Shown: in pieces, positions 40,040 to 50,659 of the stretch
Numbering within the stretch: position 1 is the first letter of the stretch
How the letters are laid out: every line of letters starts with the position of its first letter
NCBI GenBank assembly: GCA_030390025.1
Contig: CM059428.1
Location: 164,734,001-164,798,000 of the forward strand
Length of the DNA stretch: 64,000 nucleotides
Reading direction: 5' to 3'
Source: Squalus acanthias
Taxonomy: Eukaryota
Made by a program: the position numbers and the translations under genes
The notes under the pieces: model-generated
Seen by the model: only the letters and a program-made list of their open reading frames with translations
Database searches by the model: none
What the model was told of the DNA's origin: nothing

Positions 40040-40833
40040 CTTACACCTCCCCTCTTCCCACTGTCCAGGGCCCCAAACACCCCTTCCAGGTGAAACAGCG
40101 ATTTACTTGTACTTCCTGCAATTTAGTATACTGTATTCGCTGCTCACGATGTGGTCTCCTCTACATTGGGGAGACCAAACGCAGATTGGGTGACCGCTTT
40201 GCGGAACACCTCCGTTCAGTCCGTAAGGGGGACCCCGAGCTCCCGGTGGCCTGTCACTTTAATTCACCGCTTCACTCCCACTCTGACCTCACCGTCCTCG
40301 GCCTATTACACTGTTCCACTGAAGCGCAGCGTAAGCTCGAGGAACAGCACCTCATCTTTCGTTTAGGCACGCTACAGCCCTCTGGACTCAATATCGAGTT
40401 CAACAATTTTAGATCATAACCTCAGCTCCAATCACATTTATATTTTATTTTTTCCACCCTTTTATTTGGCCCCCCCCCCCCACCTTTTTTTTTTCTCCTA
40501 GAAGCTGGCAGCTGTCCTTCATTCTGCCAGTGGATTTCACACTTCTTTCAGCCTTAATCTGTCACATTTACACCACCTCTAGCCTTGCATATCTCTTAAT
40601 GTCTCTTAATGTCTCTTCATCTCCCCCTTTGTTCTTTTATCCCCCCCCTTTTCCCAGCTTTACTCTGGCCTTAAATCTATTTGATTTCCGGCTCTTCACA
40701 GTTCTGATGAAAGGTCATCGACCTGAAACGTTAACTCTCTTTCTCTCTCCACGGATGCTGCCTGGCCTGCTGAGTTTTTCCAGCGTTTTCTGTTGTTATT
40801 TCAGATTTCCAGCATCCGCAGTATTTTGCTATC
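40040..40833 (+). mobile_element. 5'-truncated Penelope-like element (GIY-YIG endonuclease C-terminus plus pseudo-LTR with hammerhead)
   Basis: ORF 40090..40419 FTCTSCNLVYCIRCSRCGLLYIGETKRRLGDRFAEH...GLNIEF; 13-bp TSD GTGTAATGTATCC at 40027-40039 and 40834-40846. Confidence 0.92.
40700..40736 (+). ncRNA. Minimal type-I hammerhead ribozyme motif (PLE-associated)
   Basis: AGUU-CUGAUGA-A-AGGUC(AUC)GACCU-GAAA-CG-UU-AACU; palindromic AACGUU stem III. Confidence 0.8.
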
Positions 40834-42334
40834 GTGTAATGTATCCAAGTTTGCTGACGATAAAAAGCTTGGTGGGAAAGTAAGCTGTGACAAGGACACG
40901 AAGAGCCTGCAAAGGGATATAGACAGGTCAAGTCAATGGGCAATAAGGTGGCAGATGGAGTGTAATGTGGGGAAATGGGAGGTTATTCACTTTGGTAGGA
41001 AGAATAGAAAAGCAGAATATTTTTTACATCCTGAGAAACTAATGTTGGTGTTCAGAGGGATTTGGGTATCCTTGTACACAAAACACAAAGTTAACTGCAG
41101 GTACAGCAAGCAGTTGGAAGGCAAATGGTATGTTAGCCTTTATTGCAAAGGGATTGGAGTACAAGAGTAAGGAAGTTTTGCTGCAATTGTACAGGGCTTT
41201 GGTGAGACTACACCTGGAGTACTGTGTATAGTTTTGGTCTCTACCTAAGGAAGGATATACTTGCCTTAGAGCAGGTGCAATGAGGGTTCACTAGATTGAT
41301 TCCTGAGATGAGAGGGTTGTCCGATGAGGAGAGATTGAGTAGAATGGGCCTATACTCTCTGCAGTTTAGAAGAATGAGAGGTGATCTCATTGAAACATAT
41401 ATAAGATTCTGAAGGGGATTGACAGGGTTGATGCCGAGAGGCTGTTTCCCTTGCTCTTGAGAGTCTAGAACTAGGGGCATAGTCTCAGGATAAGGGGTTG
41501 GTCATTTAAGACTGAGATGAGGAGGAATGTCTTCACTGAGTTGTGAATCTTTGGAATTCTCCACCCCCAGAGGGCTATGGATGCTCAGTCGTTGAGTATA
41601 TTCAAGGCTGAGATCGATAGATTTTTGGAGTCCATGGGAATCAAGTGATATGGGGATCGGGTGGGAAAGCGGAGTTGAGGTCGAAGATCATCCCGGAGCA
41701 GGCTCGAAGGGCTATATGGCCAACTCCTGGTCCTATTTCTTATGTTCTCATTGTCACCTCTGGTTCTTTTGCGAATCACCTTAAATGTGAATAGTATATA
41801 GATTCTTTGTGTTGAAACAGTAACAAAAGGGCACAAATTTTAGAGAATCACAAAGAATTAACGAAGAGGTTACAAACAACTTCTTTACACTACTTAGAAT
41901 TTTGAATTCTCTGCCATAAGCCATTGTTGAAGCAGAGTCCGTAAATAGTTGCTTGAAAAAGAGGAATAGTAAAGGGGATGTGAGTGCGCAGAAGAATGGG
42001 ATTAGACTGGGTCGCATGTGAAGAAAAACATCAGCAATGCCTGGAATCATAGAATGTTACAGCACAGACTTGTTGCTTGTATGTCTGTTTCTGTGCTGTA
42101 GCATTCTGAATCTAGGCATTGCAATACTCTGGTCGCTTCTAGCTGAGTAACGATCTGCACAGGACTTTCGCAAACCAGAAAGTTTTATTCAAGACGAGTT
42201 ACTGACAATAGATCATAAAGTTTCTCATTTCAAAGCCATAAGGCAACTAATGAGTACCCCCAGCTTCATGAAGCACAGGTTTCCAGTGTATTTACTGATT
42301 TCTGTCAAATTAATACAACTAACTTTTTGTTTAG

Positions 42335-42472
42335 CTGGACTGGATATTGGCCCCATTTCAGAGGATCCATCTACAGTTTCTCAGTCAAGTGGAGGCCAAG
42401 GTTCACGATCTTTGACTGAGGAGCAACTAGACCGAATACTTAGCCCCGATCTTGAGAAAATCGTCACAGATG
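42335..42472 (+). CDS. KMT2C: KMT2C exon (ex29), 138 nt
   Basis: actaac branch point, tgtttag|CT...G|gtaaga; AGLDIGPISEDPSTVSQSSGGQGSRSLTEEQLDRILSPDLEKIVTD. Confidence 0.93.
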
Positions 42473-42568
42473 GTAAGATATTTTGTCCCTCTCCCATGCA
42501 TTTTATTTTGTGTCAAATTGTGGGAAGTTTTTTTGACAAATGACTGAAAACTTTATTTTGTTGTACAG

Positions 42569-42601
42569 GTACAATTCTAAGTAAGCTGTACAAAATTCCA
42601 G
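42569..42601 (+). CDS. KMT2C: KMT2C exon (ex30), 33 nt
   Basis: gtacag|GT...G|gtattt; GTILSKLYKIP (human GAILGKLYKIP, recalled). Confidence 0.92.
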
Positions 42602-42701
42602 GTATTTATTTTCAACTATTTAAATAGTTTGATAAATGATCTATATTTCACCTGAGTTTTAATTCCTACTAACATTATCACCTTTGTTTTTTCAAATAAA
42701 G

Positions 42702-42803
42702 AACTGGAGGGGAAGGAAGTGGAAGATCTGTTTACAGCCGTGTTAAGTCCTTCAGCTAACCAGGCGCCACCGCCTTTGCCTCCTTTGCCTCCACCTAACC
42801 ATG
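42702..42803 (+). CDS. KMT2C: KMT2C exon (ex31), 102 nt
   Basis: TACTAAC branch point 42667-42673, ataaag|AA...G|gtatag; ELEGKEVEDLFTAVLSPSANQAPPPLPPLPPPNH. Confidence 0.92.
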
Positions 42804-43973
42804 GTATAGTGTCTCTTCATTAAAGTAATGCTATAAATTTTCACTGTCCCAGACTGCCCCAAAGCTCCATGTGCAACTTTGCATATGTTGATCTATTGCT
42901 CTTAGTTTCAGTAAATAGATTATGAATATTGACAGATTTGAACCAGTTGCTTGCTTTACTCAGATTCAGTTATACTTTAGAGTCTGTCATCTTTTTCTTC
43001 CCCACCCCCCCAACACCAAAAAAGGCATATTGGTAATAGCAGCTGAAATTTAAACACTGCAAAATTTGAAATACTACACGCTTTTAATGACATTTATGTT
43101 GCTGTTGTACCCCCTACCAATGGATTAGTTTAGTGTTCTCCGAGTGCATCAGAGTTGGGCTCTTCACACTGTCTCTTCAATCCATAATTTCAAAGGAGCA
43201 ATTAAGATTCCAATTCTATGTTACATTTTACTATTAAATTTAAAGCTTAGATTGAAGAATTCGAACTTGGGTTTCAAAAGAGGGATTTGTGAACCATCAG
43301 AATTTTGAAAGTATGCTTTTAGTGCAGAATTTAGTTTTACATGCTCAGTAGAAGTGAATAGATAGTTTTAATGAAATGTCAGTGTTGCTCTTATTCTGAT
43401 CATTTGGCATCTAATTCACACTGGTATTGGTGTAAATTTGGAGATTGATTCATAGCATCGCCTAGACAAATTCAAAATCAGCACAGCTGTATTATTTTAG
43501 GTGAGGCCCTCTTAAATGGATGTTCTGATACTGAAATGCCTCAGTAATAACACAGGGGCTACCATAGTGGTCCAGAGCACACATCATAACATCAAAATGT
43601 GAACAAAAACTGAGCTCTCTACTTACCAGTGCAAATCCAACCTCACTCGAGGAGAGGGAGATTTAAAATGGAAAGTATCGCTGCATGTGCACAGGTCCTT
43701 AAGCATTACACATGTATACCTACACATGCTTGGAGGCACTGGGAGTTTGAGAAAACTGCAGTGCCACTACCCCTGGTGAGAGTCAGCATTGTTTAATGGG
43801 CCTCACGCATCCCACTGAGGTAGACAAGTATAAAAGCAGCATTATTGTATCTATTTGACGAATCATGATCATATATATAATTTATTGCCTTATTTTTCCT
43901 GTCTCAGTTCACCATATTAATCCAGAAATTCTATAATTCATTTTCTGGACTTCACTATTTTCCATTCTAAATA

Positions 43974-44338
43974 CAGGAAACTCTTTATTAACCGGGACCG
44001 GCGTGGTGCCGGTTTATCGAAAGTACCGGATAACGGAGAGTTATATCTACCGAGGCTATTTTTAACAAAGAAAAATAAATAAATCAAGAAATGTACAGTA
44101 TACAGTATTTGGGTACTTTTGAAAACTACCCCTGCTGACTAAATCGGCGTTCTCGGACTCGGGATCGGCAACATTGCCGGTTATTTGAGAGGAGTTTTCG
44201 GAGTACTCGGCGTTCGCAGAGACTCGACTGCGACTCGGCAACATTGCCGGTTATTTGAGAGGAGTTTTCGAAGGATGATTTTTGCCGGTTAAGCGAGAAT
44301 TGCGGATATTTGGGTGCCGGATAAACAAAAGTTTCCTG
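43974..44338. mobile_element. Tc1/mariner-pogo-type MITE, 365 bp
   Basis: TA|caggaaactctttattaaccgggacc ... ggtgccggataaacaaaagtttcctg|TA; internal 36-bp direct repeat at 44165-44200 and 44235-44270. Confidence 0.8.
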
Positions 44339-45404
44339 TATAAATATGTACTTCAAAAATCACTCAAAATATGGTAAAGGTCTGTCATGTCTGTAAATTC
44401 AGACATCGATTTAATATGGCACTTGAAAATTTGTATTTTAATTATCGGCATAGTTATAGATTGCACAGAATATATTAAATAATTGGAAGGCATGCTGTTC
44501 TTTGTACTCCAGTTAGGCTGCAGCTGTTTTCAAAATATACAAATTTAGTGTGTAATCATTTGTGGTTTTAGTGAAGGATATAGCATATAATGCTATAAAT
44601 TGTATTTGCAGTGTTTGTGCTTTATAACCATTAATGAAGAATTTCACTTTTTGTATGAGAAATTCCAACTCGTCATTTTATTTTCCACTTCTCCCCATAA
44701 CCAAATTCCTTTGGGGAAAGTTCTTGGTGCTCACCATTGGTCATCCCTAAAGAAAGGCCCTTTCCTTAACCACACTGCAAACCGCAGACTGTTCCTACAG
44801 TAGGGATTAGCACATTAAATCTGATTTTTGGTTCTTGGAATGCAAGGTTGGGACTTGAATAACTTAAATCTGTAATAAGTTTTGTAAGCAACTGCTGTCA
44901 CAGCACTTACTGAGATGGACAGTGGTAGTCAGAAGTCCAAATTAATCTAAACCAGGGAAATTATGGGATAACCTAAATTGGACCAATTTCAGTACAAACC
45001 GAATTACATAGCACACCTCTTCCCCCTAGGGAAATTCAGAGTGAGAGTGTCAAAAATAGGGCGGGAGCTCAGATCTTCTGGTTGAGAATCCATGAAAATG
45101 TTTGCATTACAACTACTTGGCTCTCATGCTACAATCCTTTTATAACAAAAATGAGTTGTACTGGCCAACTGATTTGCAAAATAAAGAGGAAAATTGGCTT
45201 CACCTATTCAAATAGTGTTCAAGACTGAAGGACAAAAGCATTTTTAAATCTTTTTTCTGGTAACTTGCAACTATAAGGGTTACCATTTGAAATTTGCCCT
45301 TTGAGGTTGGATGTGTTTTCCAAGCACATCACCAGAGTTTGGCAGTACTCCTGTATCATTTCAAGAAAGCCCAAATACAAATAAACCAGATGCTTTATTA
45401 CCAT

Positions 45405-45627
45405 ACAAAAGCAAAATACTGCTGATGCTGGAAATCTGAAATAAAAACAGAAAATGCTGGAAATACTCAGCAGGTCAGGCAACATCTGTGGAGAGAGAAA
45501 CCGAGTTAACGTTTCAGGTCGATGACCCTTCGTCAGAACTGGTCAGAAGGGTCATCGACCTGAAACGTTGACTCTGTTTCTCTCTCCACAGATGCTGCCT
45601 GACCTGCTGAGTATTTCCAGCATTTTC
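45405..45627. mobile_element. Fold-back Penelope-derived mini-element
   Basis: ~84-bp inverted arms (45448-45531 / 45546-45629); 14-bp TSD TGCTTTATTACCAT at 45391-45404 and 45628-45641. Confidence 0.9.
45504..45540 (-). ncRNA. Minimal hammerhead ribozyme motif
   Basis: Reverse complement: AGUU-CUGACGA-A-GGGUC(AUC)GACCU-GAAA-CG-UU-AACU. Confidence 0.8.
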
Positions 45628-45963
45628 TGCTTTATTACCATGTTGTGAGTTCAAGTTTTGCTCCAGGACTGGAGCCATAATCTAGGCTAAAACTTCAGTG
45701 CAGTACCAAAGTTCCATCTTTTGGATGAGACAGTAAATTGAGGCCCCTATCTGCCTATTCAGGTGGATATCAAAAAAAACCATGCCACTTTTCTAAGAGC
45801 AGAGTTCTCTGTGTGCATTTCTGCCTCCATCGCCACCACTAAAACACATAAATTAGTCATCCATCTCATTGATCATGATGCGGAGATGCCGGTGTTGGAC
45901 TGGGGTGGACAAAAGTGAGAAGTCGCACAACACCAGGTTCTCATCCAACAGCTTTATTTGAAA

Positions 45964-46000
45964 TCACAAGCTTTCGGAGCGCTGCTCCTTCGTCAGGTGA
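45964..46000 (-). ncRNA. Minimal hammerhead ribozyme motif (antisense copy)
   Basis: Exact reverse complement of 46799-46835. Confidence 0.8.
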
Positions 46001-46574
46001 AGTGAAGAAATACAAATGGGCACAGCATATATAGACAGAGAACAATGCCTGTGCAGAGAACAATGCCAGACGACTACAATTAATCTTTCTAACTGCCCTT
46101 TATCACACCTCGGCAGAGAGACAATCACGGCAATCAAATCCAACCAGGTCAGTCAGGAAGACATTACATCAAAGACGATAGCAAAATACAACAAGTTCCG
46201 CACCCATGAGGACGGCCTCAACCGGGATCTTGGGTTCATGTCACGCTACATGTAACCCCACCTGACGTAGAGTCATCCAGACTCGAGTCGTCGTTGGCTT
46301 GTTCACAGATGCGGCCGGGCCTGCTGTGATTTTCAGTAAAAAAAAAAGTTTAAAGTTTTTGGTTTTCCATACAGACTGTAGCATCTGCCACATTAGACCC
46401 CCTGTGACCCCACCTCATTGTCTTTGTTGTATTTTGCTATCGTCTTTGATGTAATGTCTTCCTGACTGATCTGGTTGGATTTGATTGCCGTGATTGTCTC
46501 TCTGCCAAGGTGTGATAAAGGGCAGTTAGAAAGATTAATTGTAGTCGTCTGACATTGTTCTCTGCACAGGCATT

Positions 46575-46752
46575 ACATAGAAACATAGAAAATAGGTACA
46601 GGAGTAGACCATTCGGTCCTTCGAGCCTGCACCGCCATTCAATGCGTTCATGGCTGAACATGCTACCTCAGTACCCCATTCCTGCTTTCTCGCCATACCC
46701 CTTGATCCCCCTAGTTGTGAGTGTTATATCTAACTCCCTTTTGAATATATAT
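46575..46752 (-). mobile_element. CR1 3' end inserted in the right arm of the fold-back element
   Basis: acatagaaacatagaa tail; absent from the left arm; flanked by ATT on both sides. Confidence 0.85.
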
Positions 46753-46798
46753 ATTGATCTCTGTCTATATATGCTGTGCCCATTTGTATTTCTTCACT

Positions 46799-46835
46799 TC
46801 ACCTGACGAAGGAGCAGCGCTCCGAAAGCTTGTGA
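46799..46835 (+). ncRNA. Minimal type-I hammerhead ribozyme motif
   Basis: UCAC-CUGACGA-A-GGAGC(AGC)GCUCC-GAAA-GC-UU-GUGA; palindromic AAGCUU stem III. Confidence 0.8.
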
Positions 46836-47250
46836 TTTCAAATAAAGCTGTTGGACTATAACCTGGTGTTGTGCGACTTCTCACTTTTGTCATCTCATTG
46901 ATGTTTACGGGACCTTGCTTTGCACAAATTAGCTGCCATACTTGCCTGCAAAAAGAATAGTGAGTATATTTCAAAAAGTAATTCATTGATCATAAAGCAC
47001 TTTGGGACATTCGGAGAACTTGAAAGGTGCTATATAAATGCAGATTTTTTTTTTCCAGATTGGCTGCCGTTTTTGCCTACATAACAGCAATGACTGCACT
47101 CCCCCCCCCCCCCCCCAAAAAAAAAATGGTTCTAAAGTGCTTTGGGACTTTTTGAGGCTATTACACTATGTAAATGCAAGTCATTAATTACATGGCATAA
47201 TAATAGTTTGACGGTTGTTCATTTTTCTTTCCCCTGCCCCTTTCATAAAG

Positions 47251-47398
47251 GAGATGGTGGATTTACCAGGGTGCCAGCAATGAATGGCGTGATTGGGCCA
47301 CACCCACAACACCAAACATCTTTAGCACCTGGAGGTGGACGCTGCCTCACCAGCACTTACTCTTCTATCCCTCAGTCACCATTCTCTGATAGCAGCCG
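47251..47398 (+). CDS. KMT2C: KMT2C exon (ex32), 148 nt
   Basis: ataaag|GA...CG|gtgtgt; GDGGFTRVPAMNGVIGPHPQH...SSIPQSPFSDSSR; phases fit neighbours. Confidence 0.88.
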
Positions 47399-48229
47399 GT
47401 GTGTATGCAGCATTATTACATGCTTGATGCCATTATTGCAAATGTATTTTCACATGTCAAAAAAACAGTAAATTTAACCTGTAGAAATGCTTTTAAACTT
47501 TTAAGAGTGAAATAAATTTTATTGAAATGATTGCCCTATTTTTTTAATAGTAGCTATTTTGATAACTTTGTCTTGTGGAAATTTAGCTTAAAAAATTTTA
47601 GGGCATTTTTTTCCTCTCTGCGTTTATGATTGCCACTGCAAAAAGATTGTAGGTGGGACATGTTAATGAGAGTACACCGATGGGAATCTCTGCCACCTTA
47701 CAAATCCTAGGATTACTATCTATTTAACAGCTGTTTCTCAAGTTGTGGATTCTGGTGGTTTGCAAACATTCCAATTTAAATAGGCCAAAGTATCCTCTCA
47801 AAATTCAGCTATCCAGTGCAAACACACTGTAACTAGGATTGGTCGGACTCTGGTTTACACCTCCGAGATCTGCACATGCTGAGTTCCCGATCTCGCATGG
47901 GGAAGTCTCGGACATGCCAAGCGGAGGCAAGGCATCTTCCCTACAGGAGAGAGGAATAATTACACCGGAGAATTGATCCTCATCACTGGTGTGCACCAAT
48001 TGCAGAATGTTGTTAAATGTAATCTGGGTTTGCGGTTGCACGAAAGTTGGGCTGAAAAGAGATTTTTAATGCAAGGTTTTATATCCATAGAGATGACAAA
48101 TATATTGGATATTATGTATTCTGAATTTTTTTCCTATTATTTAAATACATGTATTTAGCATTCGCAACTAATTGGATGATTCTGGCAGAACTTTTAACTA
48201 CTTATGTTTGAACTGGATCAATTTAACAG

Positions 48230-48444
48230 AGACAAGAACCATACGTTTAGTCAAGTTGTTGCTGACCCACCCAGCCCATGGGTTCCCTCTGCTCCTGCTG
48301 TGGAGGTGGAAGGAGACACACTAAACTACACACAGCGGAGTACTCTAAAATGGGAAAAAGAAGAAGCTCTGGGAGAAATGGCAACGGTTGCCCCCGTTCT
48401 GTACACAAACACGAACTTCCCCAACCTGAAAGAAGATTTTCCAG
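48230..48444 (+). CDS. KMT2C: KMT2C exon (ex33), 215 nt
   Basis: taacag|A...G|gtaatg; DKNHTFSQVVADPP...QRSTLKWEKEEALGEMATVAPVLYTNTNFPNLKEDFP. Confidence 0.96.
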
Positions 48445-50492
48445 GTAATGCCGACGTATAGTTAGATCATATTTCTGGAAATGTCAGTGCGTTCTTGTAA
48501 ATAAAATGAAAGATGTACAGTACACGCGCGTTAAAAAATATATATATTCTCCTAATTGCACATAGTATGAAATTATTTAAATATTGATGGCTTGATTTGT
48601 TTTCAAATATTTTACCTAAACACATCACTGTCTCTTAATCATATCTTCGTCTCGCCTCCAAGTTCAAGAATTTGCACTTGATAAATTCACAGAAAACATA
48701 TTTCAAAAATGACAGACAATCGCCGTGTAAATTTAAGTAGCATTGAGGGCATTGTACTGCATGTCTCAAGTAACTAACTGATTTTTCTGAGTTAAAATTC
48801 ACTTATTTAAGGCAGATACTGAAAGGGATGTTCAATAATGATATCATACATGTTTAACAACACAGAATGTAACAATGTATGCCGATTTCTTCATAACAGT
48901 TCTACAGTATCATAATCATCTGATTGTCAGATTTCAGTTTAACAAGTGCCCCGTTTGTGCTGAATCTCCAGAAAGTAAAAACTAGGTCCAGGTATTTCTC
49001 TAGTTCAGATGCGACGTTGACACCGATTCAACTCTAGCATCAAATCAATAAAGAGTTATTAAACTGACCCATTTGGATGAACAGTTAGCAGATAGCACCC
49101 CCTGAGTGGATCACTAGGTAAATCACTAGCTGTCTGGTATATTGTGCACCCAGTCCGGGAAGGTCCTAGGCTCAATCCTTGGTCTGTGCTGAGTGAGTTA
49201 GTTGTTCTCGGCAGAGGAGGGTTCCAACATTTTTTTCTAACCTCTTTAATTCTTTTGTGATTAATTTGTATCCTCTTGTTGCTGTCTGTCTAGCCAATTG
49301 AAACAATCTATCGGTATTTACTTTATTATAACTTTTCATAATCTTGAAGACTTTGATCTGGTCACCACTCACCGTTCTTAACTTGTGGAAAAAGTTCCTA
49401 AGTCTCTTATTAACTATAACTTTATGCCCCCAGTAACACACTAGTGAATCTACACTGAACATTTTTCATTGATTCTTAAATTAATCACCTCATTACTGGG
49501 AAAAAAAAATGTTTTTGAAGGAGCTGAATTCTTTGATTCCCTATGTCATTTATTCCAATATCAGCCAGGACCTTCCAGCCAATCCTCCTCCCTCTCCAAG
49601 AACTTCTGAACATGTTCTGGTAGGTCCCTTACCTTGGTGTCACCAAGGAGGCAACTCACCATTCTGGGCTAAGGTTGATGCAACAGAAGCAACTGTCTAC
49701 TTTCACTATTAAAGCTCCCACTACCACAGAATTCCTGCACTTATCTCTCTTCCCTTGGGTAATCATGGTGACATGGTGTTGTCAATAGCTGCCATCCTGC
49801 AAGTCACCACCTTGAAACAAGTATTGTAAATGTCTTTGCCAAGGCTTTCCCTTCAGCAAACCTTTGCACTTTCTTCCCATCTTGATGGATGATTGCCTGC
49901 ATCCAATCTCTATCCTCTATCTGCCTATTCATCTCCTGGAAAAAGTGTGGCAGGGACCCCTTCACCTCCTGTGTGTGATTGAGTACCTGCTGCTGTTTGT
50001 TTACTTTGATCTTGAGTGATTCTTACTGCAAAATGTGTTTGCTCTGGATTTTCAGCCATCCAGGAACTCCGATGTCTAGCACGGTTTGCACAACATATAT
50101 TCTACCATTAAAACTAATTTTAAACATTTACCATATATGCAACATGTAAAAAAACAAAAAATTAAATTTAAATAGGCCGTATAAAAATCTAGAGACCATA
50201 ATGTTTACAATACAAACATAAGGGCCTGTCTTGAAAATGAAGCTATATACAGTACAGTGCCACTGAAACCAACATTAAGAACAAATTGAATATATTTAGT
50301 TCACTGTTACTCCAGTTGATTGCACCAGATGCATCAAAAATTTGTACACTCCTAACAGTAATTGTAAAATTTAAGGTATGAATATTTAATTGTCACCCCC
50401 TCAGATGCCAAACTTCAATGGTTCAACAGTCCCAAAAAGCACACATCCTTTGCACTCTATAAAGCAAGGCTTCAGAAATTTTTTAATGAGTC

Positions 50493-50644
50493 TCCTTCGG
50501 TGAGTTTCTCCCTCTGTCTCTGATCCTTCAGTGAGTTTCTCCCTCTGTCACTGGTCCTTCAGTGAGCTTCTCCCTCTGTGATCCTTCAGTGAACTTCTGC
50601 CTCTGCATTGATCCTTTGGTGAGCTTCTCCCTCTGCTTCTGATT
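50493..50644. repeat. Intronic minisatellite, ~27-31-bp unit, 5 copies
   Basis: Repeats of tccttcagtgag(c/t)ttctccctctg. Confidence 0.85.
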
Positions 50645-50659
50645 CCTCTGTAAATTACT

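Larger units (their letters stand above)
39848..41749 (+). mobile_element. Younger 5'-truncated CR1 (RT through 3' tail), interrupted by a Penelope-like element
   Basis: [20 protein letters not shown], then SKFADDKKLGG...CNVGKWEVIHFG; tail tcttatgttct. Confidence 0.9.
38870..42100 (+). mobile_element. Old CR1 hosting a nested TE stack
   Basis: ggtgtttcacaggggtctgtattg (GVSQGSVL) and aaatttgctgatgatgccaaa (KFADDAK); element resumes at ~41787. Confidence 0.7.
45874..46890. mobile_element. Composite fold-back Penelope-derived element, 1017 bp
   Basis: 12-bp TSD CATCTCATTGAT (45862-45873, 46891-46902); inverted arms 45909-46194 / 46424-46890; loop encodes KFRTHEDGLNRDLGFMSRYM* (PLE endonuclease C-terminus). 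Confidence 0.88.
45642..47045 (+). mobile_element. Degenerate Deu-domain SINE split by the composite Penelope element
   Basis: Head and core at 45642-45873; resumes at 46891 with gtttacgggaccttgctttgcacaaattagctgcc...gaaaggtgctatataaatgcag. Confidence 0.75.

Noticed and set aside
47800-48060. Palindromic MITE-like stretch (similar one at ~51745-51945)
   Set aside because: The inverted ends are too degenerate to define a TIR or TSD by eye.
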